Of a stretch of 64,000 bases of DNA, positions 40,373 to 50,904 are shown in pieces (within the stretch, counting starts at the first letter, position 1; every line of letters begins with the position of its first letter). This DNA is from an uncultured Desulfospira sp. (GTDB lineage Bacteria; Desulfobacterota; Desulfobacteria; Desulfobacterales; Desulfobacteraceae), in contig OY760175.1 of the NCBI GenBank assembly GCA_963663165.1, positions 2,752,001-2,816,000 of the forward strand, given 5' to 3'. The translations under genes were made by a program, and so were the position numbers. Below the pieces are notes generated by a model. The model ran no database searches, had not been told where the DNA came from, and saw nothing but the letters and a program-made list of their open reading frames with translations.

Positions 40373-41008
40373 CTATTCTTCAGAAGGGGCAGCAGGCTCA
40401 TCACCTTCTTCAAGCACCTCTTCTTCACCGGTTTCAGCACTGGCGCTTACAGGCGGAACCACGGTGATGACAGTGAAATTAACCTCATGGGGAATTTCAA
40501 CGGCATCCCCAAGGTTGATATCTTCCACATGAAGGGCATCCCCGATATCCAGATCACTGATATCGATGACCACAGCCTCAGGCGTATCACCAGGCTTGCA
40601 GACAACATCAAGCTCCCGCCGGATGATCTGGAGCAGGCCGCCTTCCTTAACCCCTTTGGCGACGCCTTCCGTCTCTACGGGTACGGTTACCGTTACCTGG
40701 GTGTCCATATCAATTTCCTGGAAATCCGCATGAACATAGTTAAGCCCGAAGGTGTCCATCTGAAGCTCTTTGAGCATGGCTATTCTTTGTTTTCCCTGCC
40801 CGCCGTCGACTTTTAAATCAAAAAACAGGCCTGATGTCCCGTTGTCCCTGATCACCTTGTCAAAAGCGCCGGTATCAACAGACAGCATTACCGGATCGGT
40901 TTTGGCCCCATACATGATGGCCGGAATTCGTTTGCTGCCTCTGAGCTTCCTGGCAGCGCCCTTCCCTTTACTCTCTCTTACTTTTGCATTTAATTCAATT
41001 AATTCCAA
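40373..41008 (-). CDS. rplY: 50S ribosomal protein L25/Ctc
   Basis: GKGAARKLR, IPAIMYG, HADF, GVKEGG; prs-rplY-pth gene order. Confidence 0.95.
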   Translation of the reverse strand: MELIELNAKVRESKGKGAARKLRGSKRIPAIMYGAKTDPVMLSVDTGAFDKVIRDNGTSGLFFDLKVDGGQGKQRIAMLKELQMDTFGLNYVHADFQEIDMDTQVTVTVPVETEGVAKGVKEGGLLQIIRRELDVVCKPGDTPEAVVIDISDLDIGDALHVEDINLGDAVEIPHEVNFTVITVVPPVSASAETGEEEVLEEGDEPAAPSEE

Positions 41009-41060
41009 CGATTTACCCTCCGTGCCTGCCGTTTACAGACAACTTTTATTTTTTGTGAAA

Positions 41061-41164
41061 GACTGAAGGGGTTCAGGCTGAAGGCTGTCAGGGTTGCCAG
41101 TCCCATGGTCTTCATTTCTTTCATGGTTTGTTATGGGCACTTGGCCCAAGGTGTTATATGAAAG
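41061..41164. repeat. Dispersed ~100-bp intergenic repeat, copy 1
   Basis: Aligns by eye with 44676-44779 (CTGAAGGCTGTYAGGG..TGCCA..CCAT..CTTCAT..CTTTCATG.TTTGTT..GGG..CTTGGC). Confidence 0.75.
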
Positions 41165-41235
41165 CTGTTGTTTCTTCATTATAGGCTTTTCTTCTGCATT
41201 CAGGGAAAAGGCCCTTGCCCTTCAGGGCCAGCCCG

Positions 41236-42174
41236 TTATACAAACAGCGAGTTTACCGAATCTCCCCTGTAGCTGCGAATGATCGCTTCTCCCACCAGTT
41301 TGGCAATGGAAAGGGTTTTAATCTTACCACATTCTTTTGCCGCTTCCGTCAGCGGAATGGTGTCCGTGGCAACAAGAGAGCTTAAAGATGATTCGCTGAT
41401 CCTTCCAATGGCCGGACCTGAAAGGACCGGATGGGTGCAATACGCATGCACTGCCTTAGCCCCATTGTCCTGAATAACACCGGCCGCTTCCGTAAGGGTT
41501 CCGGCCGTATCCACCATATCATCAATAACAAGGGCTATTTTGTCCTGCACATCGCCGATAATGGCCATGGCCTTGGCCTGATTTGGAGCGCTTCTTCTTT
41601 TATCCACAATGGCCAGCCCGCAGTTGAGCCGTTTGGCATATGCCCTGGCCCTTTCCACCCCGCCGGCATCCGGGGACACCACCACCAGTTCATCATTAAA
41701 CCGGGTTTTGATATCATCGATAATGATGGGGGCTGAATAAAGATTGTCCACAGGGACGTTAAAAAACCCCTGGATCTGCCCGGCGTGAAGGTCCATGGTG
41801 ATGACCCGGTCCACCCCTGTGGCTTCCAGAAGATCCGCCACCAGTTTGGCGCTGATGGGGACTCTCGGGGCCACCTTTTTATCCTGGCGGGCATACCCGA
41901 AATAGGGGATAACCGCCGTAATCCGGCTTGCGGAAGACCGCCTGAAAGCATCCGTGAGAAGCAGCAATTCCATTAAGTGATCATTGACCGGTTTGCAGGT
42001 GGACTGGATGACAAAGATTTCCTGTTTCCGGACATTTTCATGAATTTCAACCTGGATCTCACCATCGCTGAAACAGTTCACCTTTAACCGGCCTAAAGGC
42101 TTGGAAAGGTACTCTGAAATTTTATTGGCCAGATCGGGATTCGAGTTTCCTGCAAAAATCGATAACTCGTTCAT
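41236..42174 (-). CDS. prs: Ribose-phosphate pyrophosphokinase
   Basis: [43 protein letters not shown]. Confidence 0.97.
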   Translation of the reverse strand: MNELSIFAGNSNPDLANKISEYLSKPLGRLKVNCFSDGEIQVEIHENVRKQEIFVIQSTCKPVNDHLMELLLLTDAFRRSSASRITAVIPYFGYARQDKKVAPRVPISAKLVADLLEATGVDRVITMDLHAGQIQGFFNVPVDNLYSAPIIIDDIKTRFNDELVVVSPDAGGVERARAYAKRLNCGLAIVDKRRSAPNQAKAMAIIGDVQDKIALVIDDMVDTAGTLTEAAGVIQDNGAKAVHAYCTHPVLSGPAIGRISESSLSSLVATDTIPLTEAAKECGKIKTLSIAKLVGEAIIRSYRGDSVNSLFV

Positions 42175-42277
42175 ATCAAATCTTTAACCTTAAAAATAAA
42201 ATAAAGCCATGGGCAGGCAAATCCGTCCGGGAACCCAGGTCCCATATGTTGGTTTACCAAACCTTAAAGCCTTTGTT

Positions 42278-42352
42278 TGGCTGGGGCGAGAGGATTCGAA
42301 CCTCTGAATGCAGGGATCAAAACCCTGTGTCTTACCGCTTGACGACGCCCCA
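42278..42352 (-). tRNA. tRNA-Gln (anticodon TTG)
   Basis: Reverse complement TGGGGCGTCGTCAAGCGGTAAGACACAGGGTTTTGATCCCTGCATTCAGAGGTTCGAATCCTCTCGCCCCAGCCA; cloverleaf with CCA; ispE-tRNA-Gln-prs order. Confidence 0.97.
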
Positions 42353-42353
42353 A

Positions 42354-43241
42354 TCAGCATCCATCTGTCAGAAACGAGGCCGTAAACCATTTCCAGGGCC
42401 GGTCCTTAAACCGACGCTCAAGGGCTTCAACCCCCTGTTTTGCCGCCTTTTCCCCCGGGAAAAGAGCAAAAAGAGACGAACCGCTTCCTGACATATGCAC
42501 TTTCTTTTTCAGCAGCAATTCCATCTCTTCCCTGGCTGAGCGGATTTGCGGATACAGCCTGCATGCGGTCTGTGTCAGGTCGTTATGCAGATTGTCTCCT
42601 AAATCAACATCCCCGCTTCCTATCAGCATATTCGAACTCGTATTTATAGAGTAATTTGAATTTGATGTCAAACGAAAATCTAACTTTTCAAATACCTTTG
42701 CCGTAGATGAAGCCACACCCGGATCACATAAAATCAGGCTGCAACAAGGAAGGCCCACGGCTTTTTCAAGCTTTTCCCCCACCCCTCTGGCAAAGGCCGC
42801 CCCTCCAAAAATAAAAAACGGCACATCTGCACCAAGGCCAAGTCCCATGTCCATGAGGTCCTGCTTAGAAAACAGGCGGCCAAAGGTCTCGTTTAACGCC
42901 TTGAGAACAGTGGCGGCATTGGAACTGCCGCCGCCCAGGCCCCCTCCCGGAGGAATTTTTTTATGGATGCGGATAAAAACATTTTCAGCCGCCGGTTTTC
43001 CTGTTTTCCGGGCATACCGGTCAAAAAAAAGGCAGGCCGCCCGGTGCGCCAGATTGGTATGGTCTTCGGGCACGCCCGGATAGCCGCATTGAACCTGTAT
43101 GCCGGTCCCGTCATAGGAAAGGGCTATCTCATCCCCCAGGTCAATGGGGACCATGAGCGAATAAAGGGTATGAAATCCATCGGGCCGTTTTCCGGTGACG
43201 TAGAGAAACAGATTGATTTTTGCCGGTGAAAACAGCTTCAC
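42354..43241 (-). CDS. ispE: 4-diphosphocytidyl-2-C-methyl-D-erythritol kinase
   Basis: PAKINLFL, GGGLGGGSSNAA, GADVPFF, MSGSGS. Confidence 0.95.
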   Translation of the reverse strand: MKLFSPAKINLFLYVTGKRPDGFHTLYSLMVPIDLGDEIALSYDGTGIQVQCGYPGVPEDHTNLAHRAACLFFDRYARKTGKPAAENVFIRIHKKIPPGGGLGGGSSNAATVLKALNETFGRLFSKQDLMDMGLGLGADVPFFIFGGAAFARGVGEKLEKAVGLPCCSLILCDPGVASSTAKVFEKLDFRLTSNSNYSINTSSNMLIGSGDVDLGDNLHNDLTQTACRLYPQIRSAREEMELLLKKKVHMSGSGSSLFALFPGEKAAKQGVEALERRFKDRPWKWFTASFLTDGC

Positions 43242-43555
43242 CCCTTGGCCTCGACAAAGGCCAGGCGGATTTCACTTAAAAGAGACTTTAACAGATTTTC
43301 TTCGTCTGCCGTAAGGTTCCCTTTGGTTTTTTCGGCCAGCATGGCAATCATGTCAATGGTATGCCGGGCCATGGCAAGATCCAGTATTTTCTTCCCGGTG
43401 GAAGGATCCTCGACTTTCCCGAGCTGAACCAGCCCGGAAGAATACAAAGACAGAATAAAACTTGAGAAATCAACCTTTGGAAACTGTGCCCTGCCTTTTG
43501 CCGGTCCGGAATCCGGGGTCTCTTCTTTCATGGTAAATCCGCTTCCTTCAGCCAT
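43238..43555 (-). CDS. DUF1844-like protein
   Basis: FSSFILSL..QLG..DP..ARHTIDMIAMLAEKTKGNL. Confidence 0.75.
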   Translation of the reverse strand: MAEGSGFTMKEETPDSGPAKGRAQFPKVDFSSFILSLYSSGLVQLGKVEDPSTGKKILDLAMARHTIDMIAMLAEKTKGNLTADEENLLKSLLSEIRLAFVEAKG

Positions 43556-43567
43556 GGTGTCTCCTTT

Positions 43568-43664
43568 TTAGCAGTTAGCTGTTAGCAGTTAGCTTTTAGC
43601 TGTTAGCTGTTAGCCTTTAGCTGTTAGCTGTTAGCCATACCCTGATAGCTAATGGCTAATGGCT
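43568..43664. repeat. Longest TTAGCWG heptamer array (~10 units) with a short inverted array
   Basis: TTAGCAG TTAGCTG TTAGCAG TTAGCTT TTAGCTG TTAGCTG TTAGCCT TTAGCTG TTAGCTG TTAGCC ... TAGCTAA TGGCTAA TGGCT. Confidence 0.9.
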
Positions 43665-43680
43665 TTATAAATAAAAACAA

Positions 43681-43715
43681 ACATGCCGTCAACGGATTAA
43701 CCGCTGACGGCATGT
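43681..43715 (-). terminator. Intrinsic terminator after folD
   Basis: ACATGCCGTCA...TGACGGCATGT with A/T tails. Confidence 0.7.
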
Positions 43716-43760
43716 GTTTTAGATTGCCCAAAGGGAAAAAATCCCCTTCTATTATGCAAA

Positions 43761-44654
43761 CTACAGATTCAAGGCTGCTTTGGCAGACTTTAAGGTGTTT
43801 TTCATGAGCATGGCAATGGTCATGGGGCCTACACCGCCAGGAACCGGTGTGATCTTTCCGGCAATTTCCTTGGCAGCTTCAAAATCGACATCGCCCTTGA
43901 GGATAGCCTTACCGGTTTCTTCATTCATTCCAACGCGATTAACGCCCACATCAATAACGGTGGAGCCGGGCTTAATCCACTCGGGTTTGACCAGATCGGG
44001 AACACCGGCAGCAACAATCAGGATATCAGCGCGTTTGCAGTGATAGGCCAGATCTTTTGTCCGGGTATGAACGATGGTCACCGTGGCATTGGCACCCACA
44101 CCTTTCTGTGCCATCATCATGGCAATAGGCTTGCCAACAATATTGGATCTTCCCACAACCACCACTTCGGCACCAGAGGTTTCAGTATTGGAACGGACGA
44201 TCATCTCCTGGATACCGGCAGGGGTACAGGGCAGGAAGATGGCTTCCTCTCCACCAATCATGAGACGGCCAACGTTAACGGGATGGAAGGCATCCACGTC
44301 TTTGTCCGGGTTGATGGCGTTGAGAACTTTTTTATCGTCAATATGCTTGGGCAAGGGCAATTGAACCAGGATACCGTGGATATCAGGATCATTGTTGTAT
44401 TTGTCAATCAGTGCCAGCAGATCTTCTTCGGAAATATCTTCGGGCTGGTCATCCTGGACTTCATGGAATCCCAGGCTGATGGCGGTTTTCACCTTTAAAG
44501 TCACATAACTGATGGAAGCCGGGCTGGACCCTACAAGGATGGTGACAAGTCCCGGCACCTTGCCGGTATCTTTTTTCATCTGCTCGACTTCTTCTTTAAT
44601 CTCTGCAAGGATTTCTTTTCTTATCGCGGTTCCGCTAATAATTTCAGCAGTCAT
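43761..44654 (-). CDS. folD: Methylenetetrahydrofolate dehydrogenase/cyclohydrolase
   Basis: GILVQLPLP, KDVD, PCTPAG, GRSNIVGKP, TPVPGGVGPMT. Confidence 0.97.
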   Translation of the reverse strand: MTAEIISGTAIRKEILAEIKEEVEQMKKDTGKVPGLVTILVGSSPASISYVTLKVKTAISLGFHEVQDDQPEDISEEDLLALIDKYNNDPDIHGILVQLPLPKHIDDKKVLNAINPDKDVDAFHPVNVGRLMIGGEEAIFLPCTPAGIQEMIVRSNTETSGAEVVVVGRSNIVGKPIAMMMAQKGVGANATVTIVHTRTKDLAYHCKRADILIVAAGVPDLVKPEWIKPGSTVIDVGVNRVGMNEETGKAILKGDVDFEAAKEIAGKITPVPGGVGPMTIAMLMKNTLKSAKAALNL

Positions 44655-44675
44655 ATTTATATTCCTTATTATAAA

Positions 44676-44853
44676 GTCTGAAGGTTTTTAGACTGAAGGC
44701 TGTTAGGGTGCCAACTCCATAGCCTTCATGACTTTCATGATTTGTTGAGGGTCTTGGCGCTTAGCCGTTATAAAAAAGACTCAAGGTTTTTAGCTTGAAG
44801 GCTGAAGGGAGTATCGGCAAATGCCCCCTTCAGCCTAAATTCCTTCAGTCTAA
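44676..44853. repeat. Dispersed intergenic repeat, copy 2, with a CTGAAGG/CCTTCAG inverted repeat
   Basis: Similar to 41061-41164; the right part resembles 56060-56131. Confidence 0.75.
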
Positions 44854-44863
44854 ACCCCTTATC

Positions 44864-46645
44864 TTAGAATACGCCTTGTACCTTGCCGGTTTCGACATCT
44901 ACATCAACCCGTTTGAACGCCGGGTTAGAGCCGGTACCCGGCATCAGGCTGATGGTTCCGGCAACCGGAACGATAAAGCCGGCACCGCCGTAGGTGAGGA
45001 CTTCACGGATGGTCAGTCTCCAACCGGTGGGAACCCCTTTAAGTGCCGGGTTGTCAGACAGTGACAGATGGGTTTTAACCATACACATGCCAAGGCCGGC
45101 CAGTTCCGGATCAGCCTGAATTCTGGCGATGGCCGCATTGGCTTCATTAGAGTAATCAACACCGTCCGCGCCATAAACTTCTTTGGCAATAAGCTCAATT
45201 CTCTCTTTAATCGGCATGTCAAGTTCATAGAGGAATTTGAACTCTGTCTTTTCTTCACACGCTTCAATAACGGCTTCAGCAAATTCAATAGCGCCTGCGC
45301 CGCCTTGTTCCCAGTGACGGGACAGGGCCACTCTGGCACCCTCAGCTTCACTGAGTTCACGGACCTTTGCAATCTCTGCATCCGTATCGGTGTAGAATGC
45401 GTTAATACAAACAACCGGAGAGATACCGGCTTTTCTAACGTTTCTGATATGGTGGATAAGGTTGGCACATCCTTTTGCAACCCATTCCACATTTTCCGTG
45501 CTGTATTCTTCAGGCATGGGTTTGCCCGGTACCGGTACCGGAGCCCCGCCATGGCATTTAAGGGCTCTGATGGTGGCAACAACAACTGCGCAGTCGGGTT
45601 TAAGGCCGGAGTAACGGCATTTGAGGTTCCAGAATTTTTCAAACCCGATGTCTGCACCAAATCCGGATTCAGTCACATGGTAGTCGGCCAGTTTAAGGCC
45701 AACCTTGTCAGCAAGAATTGAGCTCTGGCCAATGGCGATATTGGCAAACGGTCCGGCATGAACAATAACGGGCTGTCCTTCAAGGGTCTGCATTAAGGAC
45801 GGTTTCAACGCATCAACCATCCATGCCGTCATGGCACCGGCAACCTGGAGGTCCTCAGTTGTAACGGGTTTGCCTTTCTTGGTGTAGGCCACAACAATCT
45901 TACCCATTCTTTCACGCATATCTTTCAGGTCGGTTGACATGGCAAGAATGGCCATAACTTCTGAAGATACAGCGATGCCGAATTTAGATTTCATCATGAA
46001 ACCGTCGGCCTTGCCGTTCACGCCGTCAATGCCGATGATGATGTTTCTCAGTGACTGGCAGCAGAAATCCATGATCCATCCCATTTCTACTTTGGTGGGA
46101 TCAATATCGATTCTTTTCATTTTTGAAAGACGTTCGAGCTGTTCGTCGGTGTAGTTTCTTTCATGCTGCATTCTGGAGGTCAGTGCAACCATGGCCAGGT
46201 TGTGGGCATTCATGATGGCGTTGATGTCACCGGTGAAACCCAGGGAAAAAGGAGTTAAGGGAATGCATTGTGCCAGGCCGCCGCCGGCTGCAGAACCTTT
46301 AATGTTCATGGTGGGTCCGCCGGAAGGCTGACGAATGGCGGCACAAACATTTTTACCCAGCTTTCCCAGGCCCTGAACAAGGCCCATGGACGACGTAGAT
46401 TTGCCTTCACCAAGGGGTGTCGGGGTGATGGCGGTTACATCAATGTATTTTCCATCAGGTGCGTCTTTAAGGCGCTCAAGAACTCTTTGGAAATCAATTT
46501 TTCCAATGTAATGCCCCTGGGGAAGCAATTCTTCTTTTGTCAGCCCTAATTTCTCACCAATTTCATAAATGGTGAGCATCTCTTTTTCTGCATCTTCTGC
46601 AATTTCCCAATCTAAATGTTTGGTTGGATCTAATTTTGATGCCAT
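44864..46645 (-). CDS. fhs: Formate-tetrahydrofolate ligase
   Basis: [41 protein letters not shown]. Confidence 0.97.
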   Translation of the reverse strand: MASKLDPTKHLDWEIAEDAEKEMLTIYEIGEKLGLTKEELLPQGHYIGKIDFQRVLERLKDAPDGKYIDVTAITPTPLGEGKSTSSMGLVQGLGKLGKNVCAAIRQPSGGPTMNIKGSAAGGGLAQCIPLTPFSLGFTGDINAIMNAHNLAMVALTSRMQHERNYTDEQLERLSKMKRIDIDPTKVEMGWIMDFCCQSLRNIIIGIDGVNGKADGFMMKSKFGIAVSSEVMAILAMSTDLKDMRERMGKIVVAYTKKGKPVTTEDLQVAGAMTAWMVDALKPSLMQTLEGQPVIVHAGPFANIAIGQSSILADKVGLKLADYHVTESGFGADIGFEKFWNLKCRYSGLKPDCAVVVATIRALKCHGGAPVPVPGKPMPEEYSTENVEWVAKGCANLIHHIRNVRKAGISPVVCINAFYTDTDAEIAKVRELSEAEGARVALSRHWEQGGAGAIEFAEAVIEACEEKTEFKFLYELDMPIKERIELIAKEVYGADGVDYSNEANAAIARIQADPELAGLGMCMVKTHLSLSDNPALKGVPTGWRLTIREVLTYGGAGFIVPVAGTISLMPGTGSNPAFKRVDVDVETGKVQGVF

Positions 46646-47178
46646 GGTTCACTCCTTGTAATAATGTTGGACCCCGGCAATAGGGTCAGTGGATAAAAGT
46701 ATTACGAAACCAAGAAAGTCTGTTTTTGTTAGAGACTTTTTAATCAAACTATAAATAATCACTCCTCCTACTATATAAATAAACCCAAAAAATCAACTTT
46801 TTTTAACAATAAAATAATTCGCCGGATGGGCGCAGACGATTTCGGTTTAGAAACTAAATTCCGTTCAGTTTGAGCCGTTTTTTTTAAAACCAAAGAAATT
46901 TGTTGATTTTATAGGATTTTCTTGTCCTCAACCCCGGAATCAATAAATTCACTCATCTATTGACAAAAAACCCCACAAATTATAATTGATGTAAGTTATA
47001 TGCTGTTATCATTGCGTCACTAGAGTAACTTGGGAAACTTCTATGGGTAAGACGGTTACAATATGTTTGAACGAACTTGATACACAACCGTTTTCCTGTT
47101 TTTTTCCTATTTTGATAGCATCACATCTTTTTAATCCCCCCCAACTCATAACCAACTTTAAATTTGTAGGAGGTACAA

Positions 47179-48747
47179 GTGGGCTTTGAAATAACCAAAG
47201 AGTCTTATGCCGGCAGTATCAAAGGAATTACTATTGGGAAAGGTGATTCCGCCCTTACCGTTGGCGGCCAGGCCAGTTATCCGTTTTACCAGTTCGAAGG
47301 CGCCATGCCCAACAAACCCGTTATTGCAATGGAAATTTGGGACTATGAACCTGAAGACTGGCCGGCAGCTGCCCTGGCACCGTTCAAGGATGTGGTTTCC
47401 GATCCTGCCGCGTGGGCAAAAAAATGTGTAGAAGTGTACGGGGCCCAGGCCATCGTACTCCAGTTGAAAAGCATCGACCCCAATGACAAAGATGTCAGTG
47501 CCGACGATGCTGCCGCTACGGTTAAGAAGGTAATGGAAGCGATTAGTGTTCCCCTGATCGTGTGGGGGTGTGCTGTCCCTGCAAAGGATGAAGAAGTCCT
47601 TAAAAAAGTAGCTGAGGTCTGCCAGGGTGAAAAGCTGATCCTGGGGCCTGTTGAAGAGAAAAACCACAAGGGGATCGGTGCCGCAGCCATGGGTTACGGC
47701 CATACGCTCATCTCTTCGTCTCCCATTGACGTTAACCTGGCAAAACAGGTAAACATTCTGCTGGAAAACCTTGGCGTAAGCCTTGGCAATGTCATTGTTG
47801 ACCCGACCACCGGCGGACTTGGATACGGGATGGAATATTCCTACTCCGTAATGGAACGTCTGACCATGGCCGCCATGACCCAGGGGGATGACAAGCTCCA
47901 GAATCCCATGATCAACAACCTGGGCAACGAGGTCTGGAAATGCAAAGAAGCCAAGCAGACCGTTGAGGACGCACCGGAATTGGGCGATCCTGAACGCCGG
48001 GCCATTCTCATGGAGGCAGTGGGTGCGGTATCGTACCTCATGTCCGGATCCAGTATCCTGATCATGCGCCACCCCGAGTCCGTTAAACTGGCCAAAGCGT
48101 TCATCGACCTGATTTCCGATGGCGGTTCCGCCATGGATGTGGCCCCCATTGCCAAACAGCTGGATGATGTGGAAATTGATTTTGCTGCCATGGCTCCGGC
48201 ACCTGACCTGACCATTGAAGAAGAGAAGAAAGCCGCTGCACCGGCCAAGAAAGAAGCACCGGCCAAAGCGGCAGCGCCTAAAGCAGAAGCCAAACCGGCT
48301 GCTCCAGCAGCGCCGAAGGCAGAAGCCAAACCGGAACCCAAGGCTGAGGAAGCACCGGCCGCAGCGCCTGCTGTAGATCCGGAAGCAGAAGCCAAGGCCA
48401 AAGCTGAAGCAGAGGCCAAAGCCAAGGTTGAGGCAGAAGCCAAAGCCAAGGCAGACGCAGAAGCAAAAGCCAAAGCCGAAGCAGATGCCAAGGCCAAAGC
48501 TGAAGCAGACGCCAAGGCCAAGGTCGAAGCAGAAAAACAGGCCCAGAAGGATGCCGCTGCTAAACGTGAAGCAGAAGAAGCAGCCATCAGAGAAAAACGG
48601 GCCGCTGAAAAAGAAAAACATGCTGCTGAAAGAGCCAGCATCGCAGCCAGTTCAAGCATTACCAAAACAGCCGCTGCCATCCAGACAACCGAACTGGAAA
48701 GAATCATCCAGCACCTGGATAAGGCACACAAACGCAAAGCAGTATAA
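47179..48747 (+). CDS. acsD: Corrinoid Fe-S protein small (delta) subunit with a long Ala/Lys/Glu/Pro-rich C-terminal extension
   Basis: SSPIDVNLAKQVN, DPTTGGLGYGMEYSYSVMER, MRHPES; GGAGG RBS before GTG. Confidence 0.92.
   Translation: MGFEITKESYAGSIKGITIGKGDSALTVGGQASYPFYQFEGAMPNKPVIAMEIWDYEPEDWPAAALAPFKDVVSDPAAWAKKCVEVYGAQAIVLQLKSIDPNDKDVSADDAAATVKKVMEAISVPLIVWGCAVPAKDEEVLKKVAEVCQGEKLILGPVEEKNHKGIGAAAMGYGHTLISSSPIDVNLAKQVNILLENLGVSLGNVIVDPTTGGLGYGMEYSYSVMERLTMAAMTQGDDKLQNPMINNLGNEVWKCKEAKQTVEDAPELGDPERRAILMEAVGAVSYLMSGSSILIMRHPESVKLAKAFIDLISDGGSAMDVAPIAKQLDDVEIDFAAMAPAPDLTIEEEKKAAAPAKKEAPAKAAAPKAEAKPAAPAAPKAEAKPEPKAEEAPAAAPAVDPEAEAKAKAEAEAKAKVEAEAKAKADAEAKAKAEADAKAKAEADAKAKVEAEKQAQKDAAAKREAEEAAIREKRAAEKEKHAAERASIAASSSITKTAAAIQTTELERIIQHLDKAHKRKAV
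48382..48525 (+). repeat. Six in-frame 24-bp tandem repeats encoding (E/D)A(E/D)AKAK(A/V)
   Basis: Units start at 48382, 48406, 48430, 48454, 48478 and 48502. Confidence 0.9.
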
Positions 48748-48797
48748 CTGCTTTCTCTATATATCGACATACCCATAACTAAGAGGAGGAACCTCTA

Positions 48798-50834
48798 ATG
48801 GCAATAGTTAAGAAAGAAACAAGCAGTGCCAGTGAAAAAGCTCCGAAACTGGCAGATCCCAAAGAAGTCTCCATTGACAAGGGAACCCAGGAACTCCAGG
48901 CCCGTGCCCAGCAATTGGGCATTGATACCGTTTTTGACCGCGCAGTGGCCATGAAGCCCTGTAACATCGGTGTCCAGGGCATCTGCTGTAAAAACTGCTC
49001 CATGGGTCCCTGCCGTCTGCCCCTTCCCAAAGGCGGCATCGAAGGTGAAGACAAAAGAAAAGGCCTTTGCGGCGCAACGGCCAACACCATTGCAGCCCGT
49101 AACTTTATCAGGATGATCGCCGGCGGCGCATCCGCCCACTCTGACCACGGTCGCTGCGTAGCTGAGGTTTTCCTCTCTGCTGCACGCAAGGAAACCGATG
49201 CGTATCAGATTAAAGACACCCAGAAACTTCTTCAGATCGCTCCCTGGCTCGGGGTCGATACTACGGTTGAAGTCGATGGGGAAGTCAAACAGCGTGACCT
49301 GGATGAGATTGCCCTTGAAACCGCTGAGGTGGCCATTCAGGAATGGGGCAAACCCGAAGGCGAAGTTCTCTATATGAAACGGGCACCTGAAGCCCTGTAT
49401 GAAAAATGGAAAAAACTGGGCGTTCTTCCCCGGAACATTGACCGGGAAATCGTTGAAATCATGCACAGAACCCACATGGGCGTGGACCAGGATTACAAAA
49501 ACCTGATGAAACAGGGCACCCGCGCAGCCCTTGCTGACGGCTGGGGCGGCTCCATGCTGGCCACTGACCTGCAGGACGTGCTGTTCGGCACCCCGTATCC
49601 CCTCCAGTCCGAAGCCAACCTGGGCGTAATGAAACAAGACCATGTCAATATTATTGTTCATGGCCATGAACCGGTCCTGTCCGAAATTCTGGTGGCGGTT
49701 GCCCAGTCCCAGGAAATGATCGATTACGCCATAGAAAAAGGCGCCAAAGGCATTCAGCTGGGCGGCATCTGCTGTACCGCCAACGAACTGCTCCAGCGCC
49801 ACGGCATCCCCACCGCAGCCACCTTCCTCCAGCAGGAAATGGCCATCATCACCGGTGCCTGTGACGCCATGATCGTGGACATCCAGTGTATCATGCAGAA
49901 CCTGGCCAACGTGGCCAAATGTTTCCATACCAAACTGATCACCACCCACCCCATTGCAAGGATGGAACAGGACAACGTTATTCACATTGAATTTGACGAA
50001 CACCATGCCCTGGAAGATGCCAAGCGCATCGTGAAAATGTCCATTGACAACTTTGCAAACCGCGGCGCCGACATCATGATTCCGCCTTACAAAGCCACCC
50101 AGATTGCCGGCTTTGGTGTGGAATCCATCCAGTATCACCTGGGCGGCACCTTCCGCGGCACTTACTACACCCTGAACGACAATATCATCAACGGCCGTAT
50201 CCGTGGTATTGCCGGCGTAGTTGGGTGCAACAACGCCAGAACCAAACACAACCATGATCACATCACGGTTGTGAAAGAGCTGATCAAAAACGATTGTATC
50301 GTTCTGACCACCGGCTGTAACGGCATTGCCTGCGCCATGGAAGGGCTGCTGACCCCTGAAGCGGGCCAGGTCCACTGCGGCCCGGGCCTTGCTGAAATCT
50401 GCGAGACGGTTGGTATCCCGCCAGTCCTTCACTTAGGGTCCTGCGTTGACAACTCCAGAATCCTGCTGGCCGCAACAGAAGTTGTGAAAGCCGGCGGCCT
50501 TGGTGCCGATATCTGTGACCTGCCCGCAGCCGGTTCCGCGCCCGAGTGGATGAGTGAAAAGGCCATCTCCATCGGCCATTACTTTGTGGCTTCCGGCGTT
50601 TACACTGTGTTCGGCGTTACCCTGCCCACCTCCGGTGCCCCGGTCTTCCATGACTATATTTCAAAGGAATTTGAAAAGATCACCGGCGGAAAATGGGATA
50701 TTGAACCGGATCCGATTAAACATGCCCAGCTCATGATTGCCCATATCGATAAAAAGAGAAAAGAACTGGGCATTGACAAGGCAAGGGAAAGGGTCTTGAT
50801 GGATATGGCATCCCGCCAGGCCCTGGAAGCTTAA
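48798..50834 (+). CDS. cooS: Anaerobic carbon monoxide dehydrogenase catalytic subunit
   Basis: CCKNCSMGPC, HSDHGR, HGHEP, ICCTANE, VGCNN, GSCVDNSR, WMSEKA. Confidence 0.96.
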   Translation: MAIVKKETSSASEKAPKLADPKEVSIDKGTQELQARAQQLGIDTVFDRAVAMKPCNIGVQGICCKNCSMGPCRLPLPKGGIEGEDKRKGLCGATANTIAARNFIRMIAGGASAHSDHGRCVAEVFLSAARKETDAYQIKDTQKLLQIAPWLGVDTTVEVDGEVKQRDLDEIALETAEVAIQEWGKPEGEVLYMKRAPEALYEKWKKLGVLPRNIDREIVEIMHRTHMGVDQDYKNLMKQGTRAALADGWGGSMLATDLQDVLFGTPYPLQSEANLGVMKQDHVNIIVHGHEPVLSEILVAVAQSQEMIDYAIEKGAKGIQLGGICCTANELLQRHGIPTAATFLQQEMAIITGACDAMIVDIQCIMQNLANVAKCFHTKLITTHPIARMEQDNVIHIEFDEHHALEDAKRIVKMSIDNFANRGADIMIPPYKATQIAGFGVESIQYHLGGTFRGTYYTLNDNIINGRIRGIAGVVGCNNARTKHNHDHITVVKELIKNDCIVLTTGCNGIACAMEGLLTPEAGQVHCGPGLAEICETVGIPPVLHLGSCVDNSRILLAATEVVKAGGLGADICDLPAAGSAPEWMSEKAISIGHYFVASGVYTVFGVTLPTSGAPVFHDYISKEFEKITGGKWDIEPDPIKHAQLMIAHIDKKRKELGIDKARERVLMDMASRQALEA

Positions 50835-50904
50835 GACCTGAAATGAGTTTGATTTAAACAGCAATTATTAAATAATTAAATCCTCAACGAAGGAGGAAAA
50901 TGAT

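Noticed and set aside
41009..41235. Ribosomal protein L25 autoregulatory leader
   Set aside because: Much of the spacer is a dispersed repeat also found before folD, so it is not rplY-specific
43568..43664. Repeat arrays (also 57936-58032 and 48382-48525) as CRISPR
   Set aside because: Units are 7, 8 or 24 bp and contiguous, with no unique spacers and no cas genes
46646..47178. ZTP or THF riboswitch upstream of fhs
   Set aside because: Expected from context, but no consensus motif was recognisable
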